In this document: positions 50,197 to 59,621 of the stretch, piece by piece
Layout of the letters: every line of letters starts with the position of its first letter
Position numbering within the stretch: position 1 is the stretch's first letter
DNA from: a virus
IMG/VR virus record: IMGVR_UViG_3300018890_000001
Location: 64,628 to 128,627 of that record
Length of the DNA: 64,000 nucleotides
Direction: 5' to 3' (one strand)
Notes under the pieces: model-generated
Databases searched by the model: none
What the model saw: the letters and a program-made list of their open reading frames with translations, nothing else
Told to the model about the DNA's origin: nothing
Made by a program: the position numbers and the translations under genes

Positions 50197-50646
50197 ATGA
50201 AATCTATAGAAAAGCTTGCAGGACATATTTCTCGCCAGTGCGTTGCGGTTAAGTGTGGACAACTGTCATGGGAAGATATTGAAGATGAGCGAATGCAAAA
50301 AATTATTGCGCTCGCAAATGCTAGTGAAGTCTATTACGAAAAAGTGATTGATTTTTGCTGGCACGTCGAAGTTTCTGCACCATTTTTCAAGGTTGACGAC
50401 ATTGCGCGCTATAGGCATACGCTACGTAGTAATGACGCAGGAAAAGCTTGGTATTGGTTCCGAACACATCCGGAAGCTATTCATTTTGTAGAGCGGGCAA
50501 TCGAGAAACACGCTGAGTCAACAGATTTGGCACAATTTAGCTTCAGGTTGCAGCGGTTTATTTTACTTGCGTTGGAAGCAGAGTTGGATCTAGTTTTCCA
50601 AGCAGTTAAAGATTATATTCTTGAGGTTTGTCAGGAGGAACAATAA
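50197..50646 (+). CDS. helical protein, paralog 1 of a tandem triplet
   Basis: MKSIEKLA..; VFQAVKDYILE; own promoter. Confidence 0.75.
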   Translation: MKSIEKLAGHISRQCVAVKCGQLSWEDIEDERMQKIIALANASEVYYEKVIDFCWHVEVSAPFFKVDDIARYRHTLRSNDAGKAWYWFRTHPEAIHFVERAIEKHAESTDLAQFSFRLQRFILLALEAELDLVFQAVKDYILEVCQEEQ

Positions 50647-50752
50647 CTAAAAAGGAGGTAGCGATTGAATAATGTTCGATCGCCACCTTTTTTATTTTCA
50701 TTTTTTGCAACAACTGTTATAATTTATTTGTAGTTAGATAGAATTCTATGTC

Positions 50753-51262
50753 ATGGAAGTAATTCAAATCATGAGATCTATTCAAGAGTTGGCAGATGAG
50801 TTGTATACACTTTGTTACCACGCACACCGAGGTAACAAAAAAGTCAAAAAGGAGGATTGTTCTCAAAAACTATGGACTGTTATTCAATTCACTCAAAACA
50901 AGTACAAGTACGATTTTTTACAAAATGCGATTGACGCAATCAAAAACGAACCAAGTGAAATCAATAAACCTGAAGATGTCGAACCCGTTGAATTGGCTGA
51001 CACCTACTGGAATTTTGATAAGTTGTGGGAATTTTATACTTCCAACACAGATCATTACTACCGCGTCCAAGAGCTAGTTCAAGAACACTTGCAACCTGAA
51101 GAAATTAAAAACTTCTGCCAAAAACGATTCTTTAATTTGCTTATGCAACAACAGCAAGATGAAGTATTTCATGCAACTCTTGCATACCTTTTTGAGGCTT
51201 ACGAGACTCAAGAGTTCGATGAAGAAGATGAGGATTTTATTACAGTTATCACGTTCAAGTGA
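50753..51262 (+). CDS. acidic helical protein, paralog 2
   Basis: MRSIQELA..DCSQKLW; C-terminal EFDEEDED. Confidence 0.75.
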   Translation: MEVIQIMRSIQELADELYTLCYHAHRGNKKVKKEDCSQKLWTVIQFTQNKYKYDFLQNAIDAIKNEPSEINKPEDVEPVELADTYWNFDKLWEFYTSNTDHYYRVQELVQEHLQPEEIKNFCQKRFFNLLMQQQQDEVFHATLAYLFEAYETQEFDEEDEDFITVITFK

Positions 51263-51405
51263 ATAACCAAAGAAGCCAGTGTTAAATAATAGTTTATTTA
51301 ACACTGGCTTCTTTGGTCTGAATAACTCGATCGCCACCTTTTTGTTTGCATTAAATATTGACGAGTGTTATAATTCTGATGTAGTCGCAAACAGAGATCG
51401 ATCTC

Positions 51406-51885
51406 ATGAAAACCATTCAACAAATTGCAGGAGAGACTCGTGAGTTACTCAGTAATCTCAGAAGTGGAAATGTCCGAATAGACAAAGCTGATTGCTCTAA
51501 AACCCTTTGGGATTTACGTGGCTATCTTGCAGATGACGACGAACGAAATCGTTTAGACACGATTTTAGCTAACATCGAATTTGCAGCTCAAGAAATTGAG
51601 GACATTGACGAATATTTTGAACCCACACAAGAAAACGATGTTAACGAACTGTGGGGATGGCTTATCTGTAATCAGTCCCATGTCCGACTTGTTGAGCAAG
51701 CTATTCAGGAGTATTCAATAAACAATCCAGCAAAAACGCACGACCTGTATAAATCTATAGGTCGTGCCTTACTGGAGAAAGAGCTTGAAATTTTTGGGGC
51801 AGCAAAAGCCTACATCATGGAGGAATACAAAAATCAGCCTGATGACGAGGATGAAGACGAAGAGGACTGTGACGACGAAGAATAA
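51406..51885 (+). CDS. acidic helical protein, paralog 3
   Basis: MKTIQQIA..DCSKTLW; C-terminal DDEDEDEEDCDDEE. Confidence 0.75.
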   Translation: MKTIQQIAGETRELLSNLRSGNVRIDKADCSKTLWDLRGYLADDDERNRLDTILANIEFAAQEIEDIDEYFEPTQENDVNELWGWLICNQSHVRLVEQAIQEYSINNPAKTHDLYKSIGRALLEKELEIFGAAKAYIMEEYKNQPDDEDEDEEDCDDEE

Positions 51886-51947
51886 ATAATTAAGCCCCGC
51901 TAGGCAATTGCTTAGCGGGGCTTTTGTTTGGGAGATCGTCCGCCTTA

Positions 51948-52406
51948 TCAATCACCTGGTAAATCGTCTAACTTGCGAACCAAATGATTAAGTTTCTTGC
52001 GAACTCGTTTTAGAGGGGTGTCAATATCTGCTAATCCGTGGTGATCGAACATTTCAGAATCGAGAGCATCCGCGATCGCCCGCAATTCGTCTCCATTAAG
52101 ATATAGGGAAGCGGTATAAGGGATGCGACTAGCTTCCCGTTCAATTTCATCAGCTTTTTCTAGAAAAACAGCGCGCCTGCCCCTGCTTAGCGACATCCGA
52201 CATATTTGAACAAATAGAGCGCGAGCTAAATTCGTTGGACTTTCTTCTAAGGTTATTTCACCTTTTACAGAAAGCGCAAATTGTTTCAGTGTTGACTGAA
52301 GCATTCTGTGTTCTACTCTTTCATTTTGATCTAGCAATATCTCGTTGTAAAGTGAATCGACTAACTCTGCGAACTGCTCTAGTTTTAATGCCAGACTTAT
52401 GCTCAT
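51948..52406 (-). CDS. hypothetical protein
   Basis: Promoter TACAAT-N7-GTAGT. Confidence 0.7.
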   Translation of the reverse strand: MSISLALKLEQFAELVDSLYNEILLDQNERVEHRMLQSTLKQFALSVKGEITLEESPTNLARALFVQICRMSLSRGRRAVFLEKADEIEREASRIPYTASLYLNGDELRAIADALDSEMFDHHGLADIDTPLKRVRKKLNHLVRKLDDLPGD

Positions 52407-52456
52407 GCTAAATACCGATCTAAGATTCTACTACACTATGAATTGTAGCAATAAAA

Positions 52457-53083
52457 ATGCGAGGACTTGTGAAAAGAATAGTTAAATTCAATAGTTGCGA
52501 AGCAGCTAGTAAAGTAGAGCAGCACTTGTACCACGTCGTCCAAGATTTAGATCAATTAAAGTTTTCCGAGTTTGATGAAGCTGCGTTTAAGGCTGCTGTC
52601 GGCTTGGAAGGTTTGACGAGGGCTGATTACAGCTATGTGAGCGACACTGTAATGCCACGCATTGGCATTGGTCTTGCTCCTAGAATGTTCGGACGACCCA
52701 GAATCACACTAGATTTTACGCTTGAAGCGCCCGAGAACCACTATCATCCATTTACGTTAAACGTGTTGCCCGATATTATCGCAATGTCGTCGGAGGGGTA
52801 TGACGAATTTCCATTGGCGATTGACGGTGGATTATTGCATCTGATTCGGATACTTCTAATCACCTTGACTCGTAACAGTGAAGCGAGTAACAAAACGATA
52901 GCGATCGCCACGAGTCTAGAAAGAGCTTGCTTACGGATTGAGACACAGCGATCGCCTCTAACATCTTTCCGCATTGCGCCTATTCGTTATTTTTTAGTGA
53001 TTTGTGGAGCGGGAGATTCTCAGACGCTTGCGCTTAATCTGACCGATGTCGTGCTCAACGTGAACCGCTCAATTTATGAGTAA
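52457..53083 (+). CDS. hypothetical protein
   Basis: 208-aa ORF. Confidence 0.6.
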   Translation: MRGLVKRIVKFNSCEAASKVEQHLYHVVQDLDQLKFSEFDEAAFKAAVGLEGLTRADYSYVSDTVMPRIGIGLAPRMFGRPRITLDFTLEAPENHYHPFTLNVLPDIIAMSSEGYDEFPLAIDGGLLHLIRILLITLTRNSEASNKTIAIATSLERACLRIETQRSPLTSFRIAPIRYFLVICGAGDSQTLALNLTDVVLNVNRSIYE

Positions 53084-53220
53084 AACCGTGAAAACCCCAA
53101 ACGCAAAGTCTTTGAAGAGGTGCGTTCAGGGTTGTCACGGGTAGTCGATCTCAGATCCAATCAATCGTGTTTCAAGCATAACACGACATAGAATTAAATT
53201 ACCGATATTCAAAAAAATAA

Positions 53221-56052
53221 ATGGCGACACCTATATCTAGGGAACTCTACAAGAACTTACCTTATTACTTGCGAATGCTTGATGAGCAAGGATCTGGGAT
53301 GCTTAAGCATCTTACAGATCCAACTCAGACGCAACTAGATAAGTGGACAGATGCCAAGGGGATGATCGAACTAATCGAGAATCCCGACATCATTCCTAAA
53401 AGTTGGGCATATTGGGCGCAGCAAAAAGTTGGTGGTGCCGGTACACGGGAACACTGGCTTGGTATCGGTGTACACCCGGATTGGCCTGTCGAGCGGATGC
53501 GTCGGTTTTTGCTCGAAGGTTGGAACTACTGGAACACCAAAGGTACTCAAAAGTCAATTCGGTGGGCGATCGACTTTTGGCTGGATTGGGAAAAAGCGCA
53601 AAATCCAATTTATCTTGAATTTCGTAGACCGTTTGGCGATCGCCCGACATCCGAACCGACTCAGTGGTGGTCTTATGCGACACCTTATGGCGCGCACACA
53701 ACGCAGCACTATACCGAATTTCAGTTTTGGGGCGGCGGAGATTACCCGCAACAGTATCAACCAGATGCTAGGACTTTACGTCAGGATACGTGGCAGTGGG
53801 ATTTTGAAGCAGTGTGGGACGATCGCCAGCTTGTACTCGATCGCCCACCTGAAATCGACAATTCGAGATCTGGCTTGGGACCGAGAAATGTATGGATGCA
53901 CTTCCACGTCGATGAATTTGAATGGAATAAGGTGGCGCTCGACATTCACAAGCTAAATCCAGAGACTTATCACGTACTTGCCAGACCGCAGGTTTTTCTA
54001 TGGCAAGATATCGAAGTCGATCTGAAGCTTATTGAAGATCCAGATTTCCCGATCGCCAACACGAAAATTCTCTACGATATCGACGGATTCCAGTTCGGTG
54101 ATATTTTTCCGTGGCCAGCAGACCAACTACCACGAACTGAAATCGAAGCCGTGCAAATGGCTTGGCAACCAGAGCCTTACTTTCAGTTCGACGACTGTCT
54201 TGGTGGAGCCGGCGGTGAAATCGTACCCCATTCCGATAGATACAGTTCGGTCGAAGTGCAGCGGTTTTCTGCATACTGGACAGCTTACATTTTTTCAACG
54301 GAAGTAATTAAAATAATTTCCGTTCCGGGCGTATCGACAGAACAAGCTGTAATTCCGACAACTATTTCGGTATCGAACGAACTCGGTCAAGCAATCGTCG
54401 GAATCGAGCTGGAGATTGCAAGTGAGCGCAGCATAGTCATCGGTGCTGACTATCAAACCCTTTACGGATTTGAACCAAATACAGAATCTGTCGTTGAGCG
54501 AACCACACAACTTATTTTTTCGCAGGCGATCGAGTGGTTTACCGATTACCTTGATTGCTTTGGCGGTGACACACCAAGCTTGCCAGGAAATCAGTGGTCT
54601 GCGGGCGATCGTTACGTAGAAGTGGAAATTGTTACGGTAACTGCTCCAAGCCTCGAAGGTCAACCGAGTGAGTTTTGGCAGACCACGACCTTCCGATCGC
54701 CCGCTGACGAACAAATCGAAGTTGTGGAAACAGTCGAATGTCTTGGTTTTAACGGGGCAAATTATACCGACACTTACGCCTGGGATGTTCCGGCAACTTC
54801 GACGCAAAATACCACTACAGCAATTCGATATTTACCGGGTGCAAGTTTTCAAGATTGCTTCACCGAAATCTGGACTTCGACGATCGAGGATATTACGGTT
54901 GTCGAAATTGAGACTCCAGGACGCAGCGGCGCCGGAACTCCTTGGACGATCGCCAGAGGTGCTTGGATCGAAACAGTCGAAGAATTAATACCCGGAATCC
55001 CTGAATTTACAGACCCGGCTACAACACACCTCTGGTACGTAAATTACCGAGAGTGGACCGAAGAAGTCGAAATTGAGATTCCGGGTGTTCAAAGTTGTTG
55101 GTCGGGATTGCTGGCGGATGTTACGACAGAATTTCAAGAAATACAAATCCCAGCAGAACCTGGATTTCCGCCGCTGCTCTGGGGTGATATTTCCCCCGAC
55201 ACCCAAACAATTACCACAACCCCAGGTAGTCCCGGCAGTGTCGGCATCGACTTTCAATCTCCTTATCTTGGTTTTGGACTACCACAATCGATCGCCCATG
55301 ACGTTGCACCGATTTCACTAGATGGAATTGCGTTCCTGACAATGGATCTCAGTCCGCAGTTACCGACTACTTTTAATCCCAGTGTTGTCTATGACTTATT
55401 TGCAGGCGAAGATCAAAGTCTCAACTCCGAAGACTGGTGGCAGTACCCAGGAAAACAGTCCGTGGACACCGTTGTTGCCGATGTCGGGGGATTCCGCCTC
55501 GACAAGCCACAGTTATGTTTCCAATATCTCGACACCTACGGTCAAAATCTTGAATGGTACGCTTACGGTATACCCACCGAAGCGGATACCCGGATTGAAC
55601 CGATCGCACAGCATTACAACTTATGCAACGTTGTCGATAACTACACGCTAAGCAAAATTGAAAACTGGCGCGAGATTACAGATTCGATACCAGAGTCTGA
55701 ACTGGCGATCGAGAAAACATACCCGATACTACAACAAGTCGCAAAACAGCAATCTTGGACGCTTTCAGTTGAAACCGATGAAGAGTTGCTACTCGTCGAA
55801 CCGTTGGTGATTTTTACAGAAAAAGATGGCGAGCGTTCACTGGCGATCGAGTTAGATCGAAAACTCAATCTCGAATTCGTATTTATTGTGGGGCGGTTTA
55901 CACACATCAGATCGATCTCTTTGTTTGTCGGACACGAGATCGTTGAAAGCAAAACTTATGCGATTCCGCTTAACGTACATCCTAGAGATAAGATTGGCTT
56001 TAAGTTTTTATTGAGTTTAGTTCCGCAACCTGTAACAGCTTTACCTGTGTAA
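53221..56052 (+). CDS. baseplate wedge/tail protein (P2 gpI-like N-terminus) with long acidic extension
   Basis: LYKNLPYYLR..D; R.FL...W.YWNTKGT.KSI. Confidence 0.65.
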   Translation: MATPISRELYKNLPYYLRMLDEQGSGMLKHLTDPTQTQLDKWTDAKGMIELIENPDIIPKSWAYWAQQKVGGAGTREHWLGIGVHPDWPVERMRRFLLEGWNYWNTKGTQKSIRWAIDFWLDWEKAQNPIYLEFRRPFGDRPTSEPTQWWSYATPYGAHTTQHYTEFQFWGGGDYPQQYQPDARTLRQDTWQWDFEAVWDDRQLVLDRPPEIDNSRSGLGPRNVWMHFHVDEFEWNKVALDIHKLNPETYHVLARPQVFLWQDIEVDLKLIEDPDFPIANTKILYDIDGFQFGDIFPWPADQLPRTEIEAVQMAWQPEPYFQFDDCLGGAGGEIVPHSDRYSSVEVQRFSAYWTAYIFSTEVIKIISVPGVSTEQAVIPTTISVSNELGQAIVGIELEIASERSIVIGADYQTLYGFEPNTESVVERTTQLIFSQAIEWFTDYLDCFGGDTPSLPGNQWSAGDRYVEVEIVTVTAPSLEGQPSEFWQTTTFRSPADEQIEVVETVECLGFNGANYTDTYAWDVPATSTQNTTTAIRYLPGASFQDCFTEIWTSTIEDITVVEIETPGRSGAGTPWTIARGAWIETVEELIPGIPEFTDPATTHLWYVNYREWTEEVEIEIPGVQSCWSGLLADVTTEFQEIQIPAEPGFPPLLWGDISPDTQTITTTPGSPGSVGIDFQSPYLGFGLPQSIAHDVAPISLDGIAFLTMDLSPQLPTTFNPSVVYDLFAGEDQSLNSEDWWQYPGKQSVDTVVADVGGFRLDKPQLCFQYLDTYGQNLEWYAYGIPTEADTRIEPIAQHYNLCNVVDNYTLSKIENWREITDSIPESELAIEKTYPILQQVAKQQSWTLSVETDEELLLVEPLVIFTEKDGERSLAIELDRKLNLEFVFIVGRFTHIRSISLFVGHEIVESKTYAIPLNVHPRDKIGFKFLLSLVPQPVTALPV

Positions 56053-56094
56053 CACTTTGTTATATAATGAAGCAGTAGTCGTTAGGTAAATCAT

Positions 56095-56391
56095 ATGTTA
56101 ATCAAGATTGGTGACAAAGTAACTGCGTACCACAAACATTGGATCGTTAACAACGTAAGAAACGCTGATGAAGTCGAAAAAGAGCTTCCCGACATAGGTC
56201 GCGCCTTGAAACGCCTGAACATGACATTGTTGGTGCTAGAAAGTGCGCCTAAGACAATGGATCTAATGATAATGCGAATTTACGGACAGCCGGAATTCAC
56301 TACAGTATTAGTGGACAACAAAACTGGAAACTTCCACGACCCAGATACGGTTTTACCACCAACGCTTAAGAGCTTGGTACAGCCTAGATAA
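56095..56391 (+). CDS. hypothetical protein
   Basis: Promoter TATAAT-N6-GTAGT; hairpin at 56397-56429. Confidence 0.7.
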   Translation: MLIKIGDKVTAYHKHWIVNNVRNADEVEKELPDIGRALKRLNMTLLVLESAPKTMDLMIMRIYGQPEFTTVLVDNKTGNFHDPDTVLPPTLKSLVQPR

Positions 56392-56448
56392 AAATAAAAA
56401 AGCCGATCTTTCCCAAGATCGGCTTTTTTATGCCTAAATTCCGGCATA

Positions 56449-56844
56449 TTAGATGAATAGTTCTGGAGAAACCTTAAACCGATCGCCCAATAATTTAGCT
56501 TGTCGCTTACTGATCCCCCGCTTTCCGTTGACAATTTGTGAGACAACACCGCTAGAGCCGATTTCACCAACTAAATTTACTTGCCTTGTACGGCTAGATT
56601 CCATAATGTGTTGAAGAGTTTCGCAAGGTTTTGATTTATCCATTGGGTGCGTTTTTGTTTCATAAGTTTCGATGAGCAACACGAGTAACCTAAATAGAGT
56701 CGCTTCTTCGGGAGTCCGTTCGGAAAACATCAGTCGCTCTACAATTGCCAGCAGGCGATCGTACTCAGCTTCGGTTTCAATTACTTGCGGAGCAACAGTC
56801 GCTAAAAGCTGCGCATATGATTGAAGATTGAATTCTAGGGACAT
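56449..56844 (-). CDS. HigA-like antitoxin/HTH regulator
   Basis: PQVIETEAEY...LLVLLIETYE...IGSSGVVSQIVNGKRGISK.QAK.L...F.V. Confidence 0.85.
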   Translation of the reverse strand: MSLEFNLQSYAQLLATVAPQVIETEAEYDRLLAIVERLMFSERTPEEATLFRLLVLLIETYETKTHPMDKSKPCETLQHIMESSRTRQVNLVGEIGSSGVVSQIVNGKRGISKRQAKLLGDRFKVSPELFI

Positions 56845-56903
56845 CTTGTTTGGTTTAAACAAAATAATAGTATAATGTTTATTGTAGTTTATCGAAGTAA
56901 CAA

Positions 56904-57164
56904 ATGCCGTCTAAAAAAAATGTGCGACGAGTAAAGGTCGGTGAAACTGTATCTTGGCAACGGCAATGTTGCAACACATATTCTGGGGACGCATTAGCGT
57001 TCTGTCCAAAAGGAACTGCAATCAATGAAGCTATCGATTTGTCGGGATATAAATCTAGGGAATTGAATCGAATCGATACGGAGCGCAGTCTGATTAACAG
57101 GTACTTAATCTGGGTTCAAAATACAGGTGTCGTCTCGGTTGCTGCGACGACAATCGAAAAATAA
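56904..57164 (+). CDS. hypothetical protein
   Basis: Promoter TATAAT-N7-GTAGT. Confidence 0.65.
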   Translation: MPSKKNVRRVKVGETVSWQRQCCNTYSGDALAFCPKGTAINEAIDLSGYKSRELNRIDTERSLINRYLIWVQNTGVVSVAATTIEK

Positions 57165-57204
57165 AATTCAAACGCGGAACGAATCGATTGACGGTATTCA
57201 AAAC

Positions 57205-57250
57205 AAAAGAAGTGGGAGATCGGAATTATCCGATCTCCCACTTCTTTTTT
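57205..57250. terminator. HIP1-related palindrome
   Basis: AAAAGAAGTGGGAGATCGGA..TCCGATCTCCCACTTCTTTT. Confidence 0.85.
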
Positions 57251-57531
57251 TAAGTTTTTGATATCATAAACGCAATATTAAATTCATTAATAGTGCGTAT
57301 GTTGGATGTGCTTATCTTCCGAAAAGCGCAAATAACATTTGGAGGTTGATGGTTAGGTAAAACTACATTTGGATTATGCACGCCTAACCCACGCAACAAC
57401 ACAAGTCTTAGATTGTGATAACGCATTGTACGCGCTATCGCGGTTCCGTTGGTGTATTCGCTTTCAACCTCTGTCGCTGAAAGCTCTCTGTATATAAACC
57501 ATTGTGTATTTAAGAATTCTACAGATCTCAT
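57250..57531 (-). CDS. hypothetical protein
   Basis: Bounded by hairpins at 57205 and 57588. Confidence 0.6.
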   Translation of the reverse strand: MRSVEFLNTQWFIYRELSATEVESEYTNGTAIARTMRYHNLRLVLLRGLGVHNPNVVLPNHQPPNVICAFRKISTSNIRTINEFNIAFMISKT

Positions 57532-57635
57532 AAACTTACCAAGTGCAAACTGATATTATTATACCATTATTAAAATAAACGTACAATAAAAAAGCGGGTG
57601 ATCGGAGTTATTAGATCACCCTCCTTTTTATTCAT

Positions 57636-57986
57636 TCAAGACGGTACTTCAAGCAACTTATTAGGAATATTCGGTGTACGATTTAGTGCTTCCTTAAGCG
57701 CACCGTCTCGTTTTAACGGAAATCCAAAAAATGCCCGCAATGACTCCGCGTCTTCTTCTTTGTAGGTGAGCCACCATCCGGTTGCATCAGACTCAGCCCA
57801 ACTCGGGACATTGTTGCTTTCTAGACTGTTGCCGATAGGTACGCCAAAATAAAGCGTTACGTGCGGGGATGCCGTCTCAGACAATTTTTCGTTGAGGATT
57901 ATCTGGGTGACATTCGCTAAGTTGATGATGCGGTTGTCGATCCTTAACAGCGTTTGACTGCTGTTGAGCCATTCTATATGCGCCAT
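57636..57986 (-). CDS. hypothetical protein
   Basis: IINLANVTQI motif similar to the 62559 ORF. Confidence 0.65.
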   Translation of the reverse strand: MAHIEWLNSSQTLLRIDNRIINLANVTQIILNEKLSETASPHVTLYFGVPIGNSLESNNVPSWAESDATGWWLTYKEEDAESLRAFFGFPLKRDGALKEALNRTPNIPNKLLEVPS

Positions 57987-58058
57987 AATTTAAGTCTCGC
58001 CGTTTGTTTTTACGGATGTGATACAGCAAAAAGTACATACCACCTCTACAGAAGCATC

Positions 58059-58379
58059 TCAATCTCCATCAAACCATACAATTTCGTCGTATGACTCTAC
58101 CCAGTGAACCAAATTTGGGGTTATTGGAAAATGACTCTCATTCTCATCTTTGGGAAATTTGATTAAACCCTTGTCGTACATTTCTTGGGCAATTTTTACC
58201 GATTTCTTGGGTGATCGACTCCAATAATCTTTGGGATATTCAGGAATGACGCGATTCCAAAAAGCTTCCTTGGTACAGGCGGCGATAATCTCTTTTACTT
58301 CTGCTCTGGCGATCGTACCATCTGCAATTTGAACAATGCAGAAAGGCAGCGAAAGCCCAATCAGTCTTGGGATCGTCAT
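58059..58379 (-). CDS. hypothetical phage protein
   Basis: IGLSLPFCI..IA.G motif; coupled to the gp25-like gene. Confidence 0.7.
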   Translation of the reverse strand: MTIPRLIGLSLPFCIVQIADGTIARAEVKEIIAACTKEAFWNRVIPEYPKDYWSRSPKKSVKIAQEMYDKGLIKFPKDENESHFPITPNLVHWVESYDEIVWFDGD

Positions 58380-58846
58380 TAATTTCTAAAAATAGGGAAT
58401 GGTTGTCCGTTAAGCGCCATACTCCTGCGAAAGGCTTCCATCTCGCCGTCAAACAAAGCACCTCGGTAGGCAAACCAGCCAAAAGTTAGTGTTTGAAGCG
58501 TCGGAAAATCTCTCGGTATAAAGTCAATGTTCGCTTTTAATTCATTGTAAGCGTCCGGGTAGTCTTCTATGTAAACCCGCAACTGCTCTATGCCGTCAAC
58601 GTGCTTGAGGATTGTTTCATGCGCTCTGTAGCACCAAAACTGAGGTTGCGCGTTGCTCATCGGTTCAAATAATTCTGGTGCCAGACCGAAGCTAGGGTAC
58701 AGCGCAATTTCGCCCGGTTGAATTAGCATCACCGAAGTGATCTCGTCTGCAATCTTTTCGGGACCTCGAACAATTCGGAGATCCCCTCGGTTCGTTTCCA
58801 TCGGCCACAAACCGAGAGCGGAACCCATGTAATCAAAGTCAGCCAT
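58379..58846 (-). CDS. baseplate wedge protein (gp25/GpW-like)
   Basis: GDL..V.G...I...I..V....PGE...YP.FG. Confidence 0.75.
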   Translation of the reverse strand: MADFDYMGSALGLWPMETNRGDLRIVRGPEKIADEITSVMLIQPGEIALYPSFGLAPELFEPMSNAQPQFWCYRAHETILKHVDGIEQLRVYIEDYPDAYNELKANIDFIPRDFPTLQTLTFGWFAYRGALFDGEMEAFRRSMALNGQPFPIFRN

Positions 58847-59029
58847 AAAAAACCGACTCCTTTGTGCGGAGCCGGACTACGGGTATTCTCTTCTCTGTAT
58901 TGCAGCTCCCGCCGGAGTCGCCCTGCTGGTTTCGATCTTAGCAGGTTGAAGCGGATTGCTGACGATCGCCGGGTGGAAAGATGAGATACTTAAAGTTGTC
59001 TAGATGCAAATTGTTCAGGAACGATTTAA

Positions 59030-59224
59030 ATGCGAAAATTAACACGGCATGAGCAATACGAGCATTGGCTTGAAAAGCCACGAGAACTTCGTGAACTTGA
59101 GTATCAAGCGTGTCTGCGACACCATAGAATGCAATCCTTTTCACGAATGTTGCAAATATTGTTGATTTTGATGGTACTCATTCAGGTTGGCGTGGATGTC
59201 TGGACTTTGGTTAAACCTGGTTGA
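59030..59224 (+). CDS. small C-terminally membrane-anchored protein
   Basis: MRKLT...Y..WLE.P...RHH plus TM segment. Confidence 0.65.
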   Translation: MRKLTRHEQYEHWLEKPRELRELEYQACLRHHRMQSFSRMLQILLILMVLIQVGVDVWTLVKPG

Positions 59225-59285
59225 GAAAGGTGACGGGCGATCGAATGACTGCTTAACTGCTTAAGGGTTTTTCAAATAAATTAAA

Positions 59286-59465
59286 ATGCAAAAATTAACA
59301 GACAAAGAAATTTACCAACGCTGGCTGGAGATGCCAATAGGCTATCGCTACACATACCGAGAAATCGATCGCCATCACCAGACGATGCGGTTCTTGTTGC
59401 GGACGCTGGTTGGAATGATGGTGGTTACTCAGGTTTTGTTGATTGTTCAGGCGATCGCCCACTAA
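59286..59465 (+). CDS. 59-aa paralog of 59030-59224 (missing from the ORF track)
   Basis: MQKLTDKEIYQRWLEMP...RHHQTMRFLLRTLVGMMVVTQVLLIVQAIAH. Confidence 0.7.
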   Translation: MQKLTDKEIYQRWLEMPIGYRYTYREIDRHHQTMRFLLRTLVGMMVVTQVLLIVQAIAH

Positions 59466-59621
59466 TCCAAAACGCTTCTCGCCCACAAAAAAACCGTACT
59501 CTCAGGAAAGCGCGGTTGGACTAGATAGAAACCTGTCTGTAAAAGAATAGCACAGACCGATCACCCGTTAGAAAGTTCCCATAAGAAAGCCCTCCTACAA
59601 CATATAGGAGGGCTTTTTGTT

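Noticed and set aside
11935-58846. Extracellular contractile injection system or tailocin rather than phage
   Set aside because: Portal, terminase small subunit, helicase and methyltransferases indicate a DNA-packaging phage.
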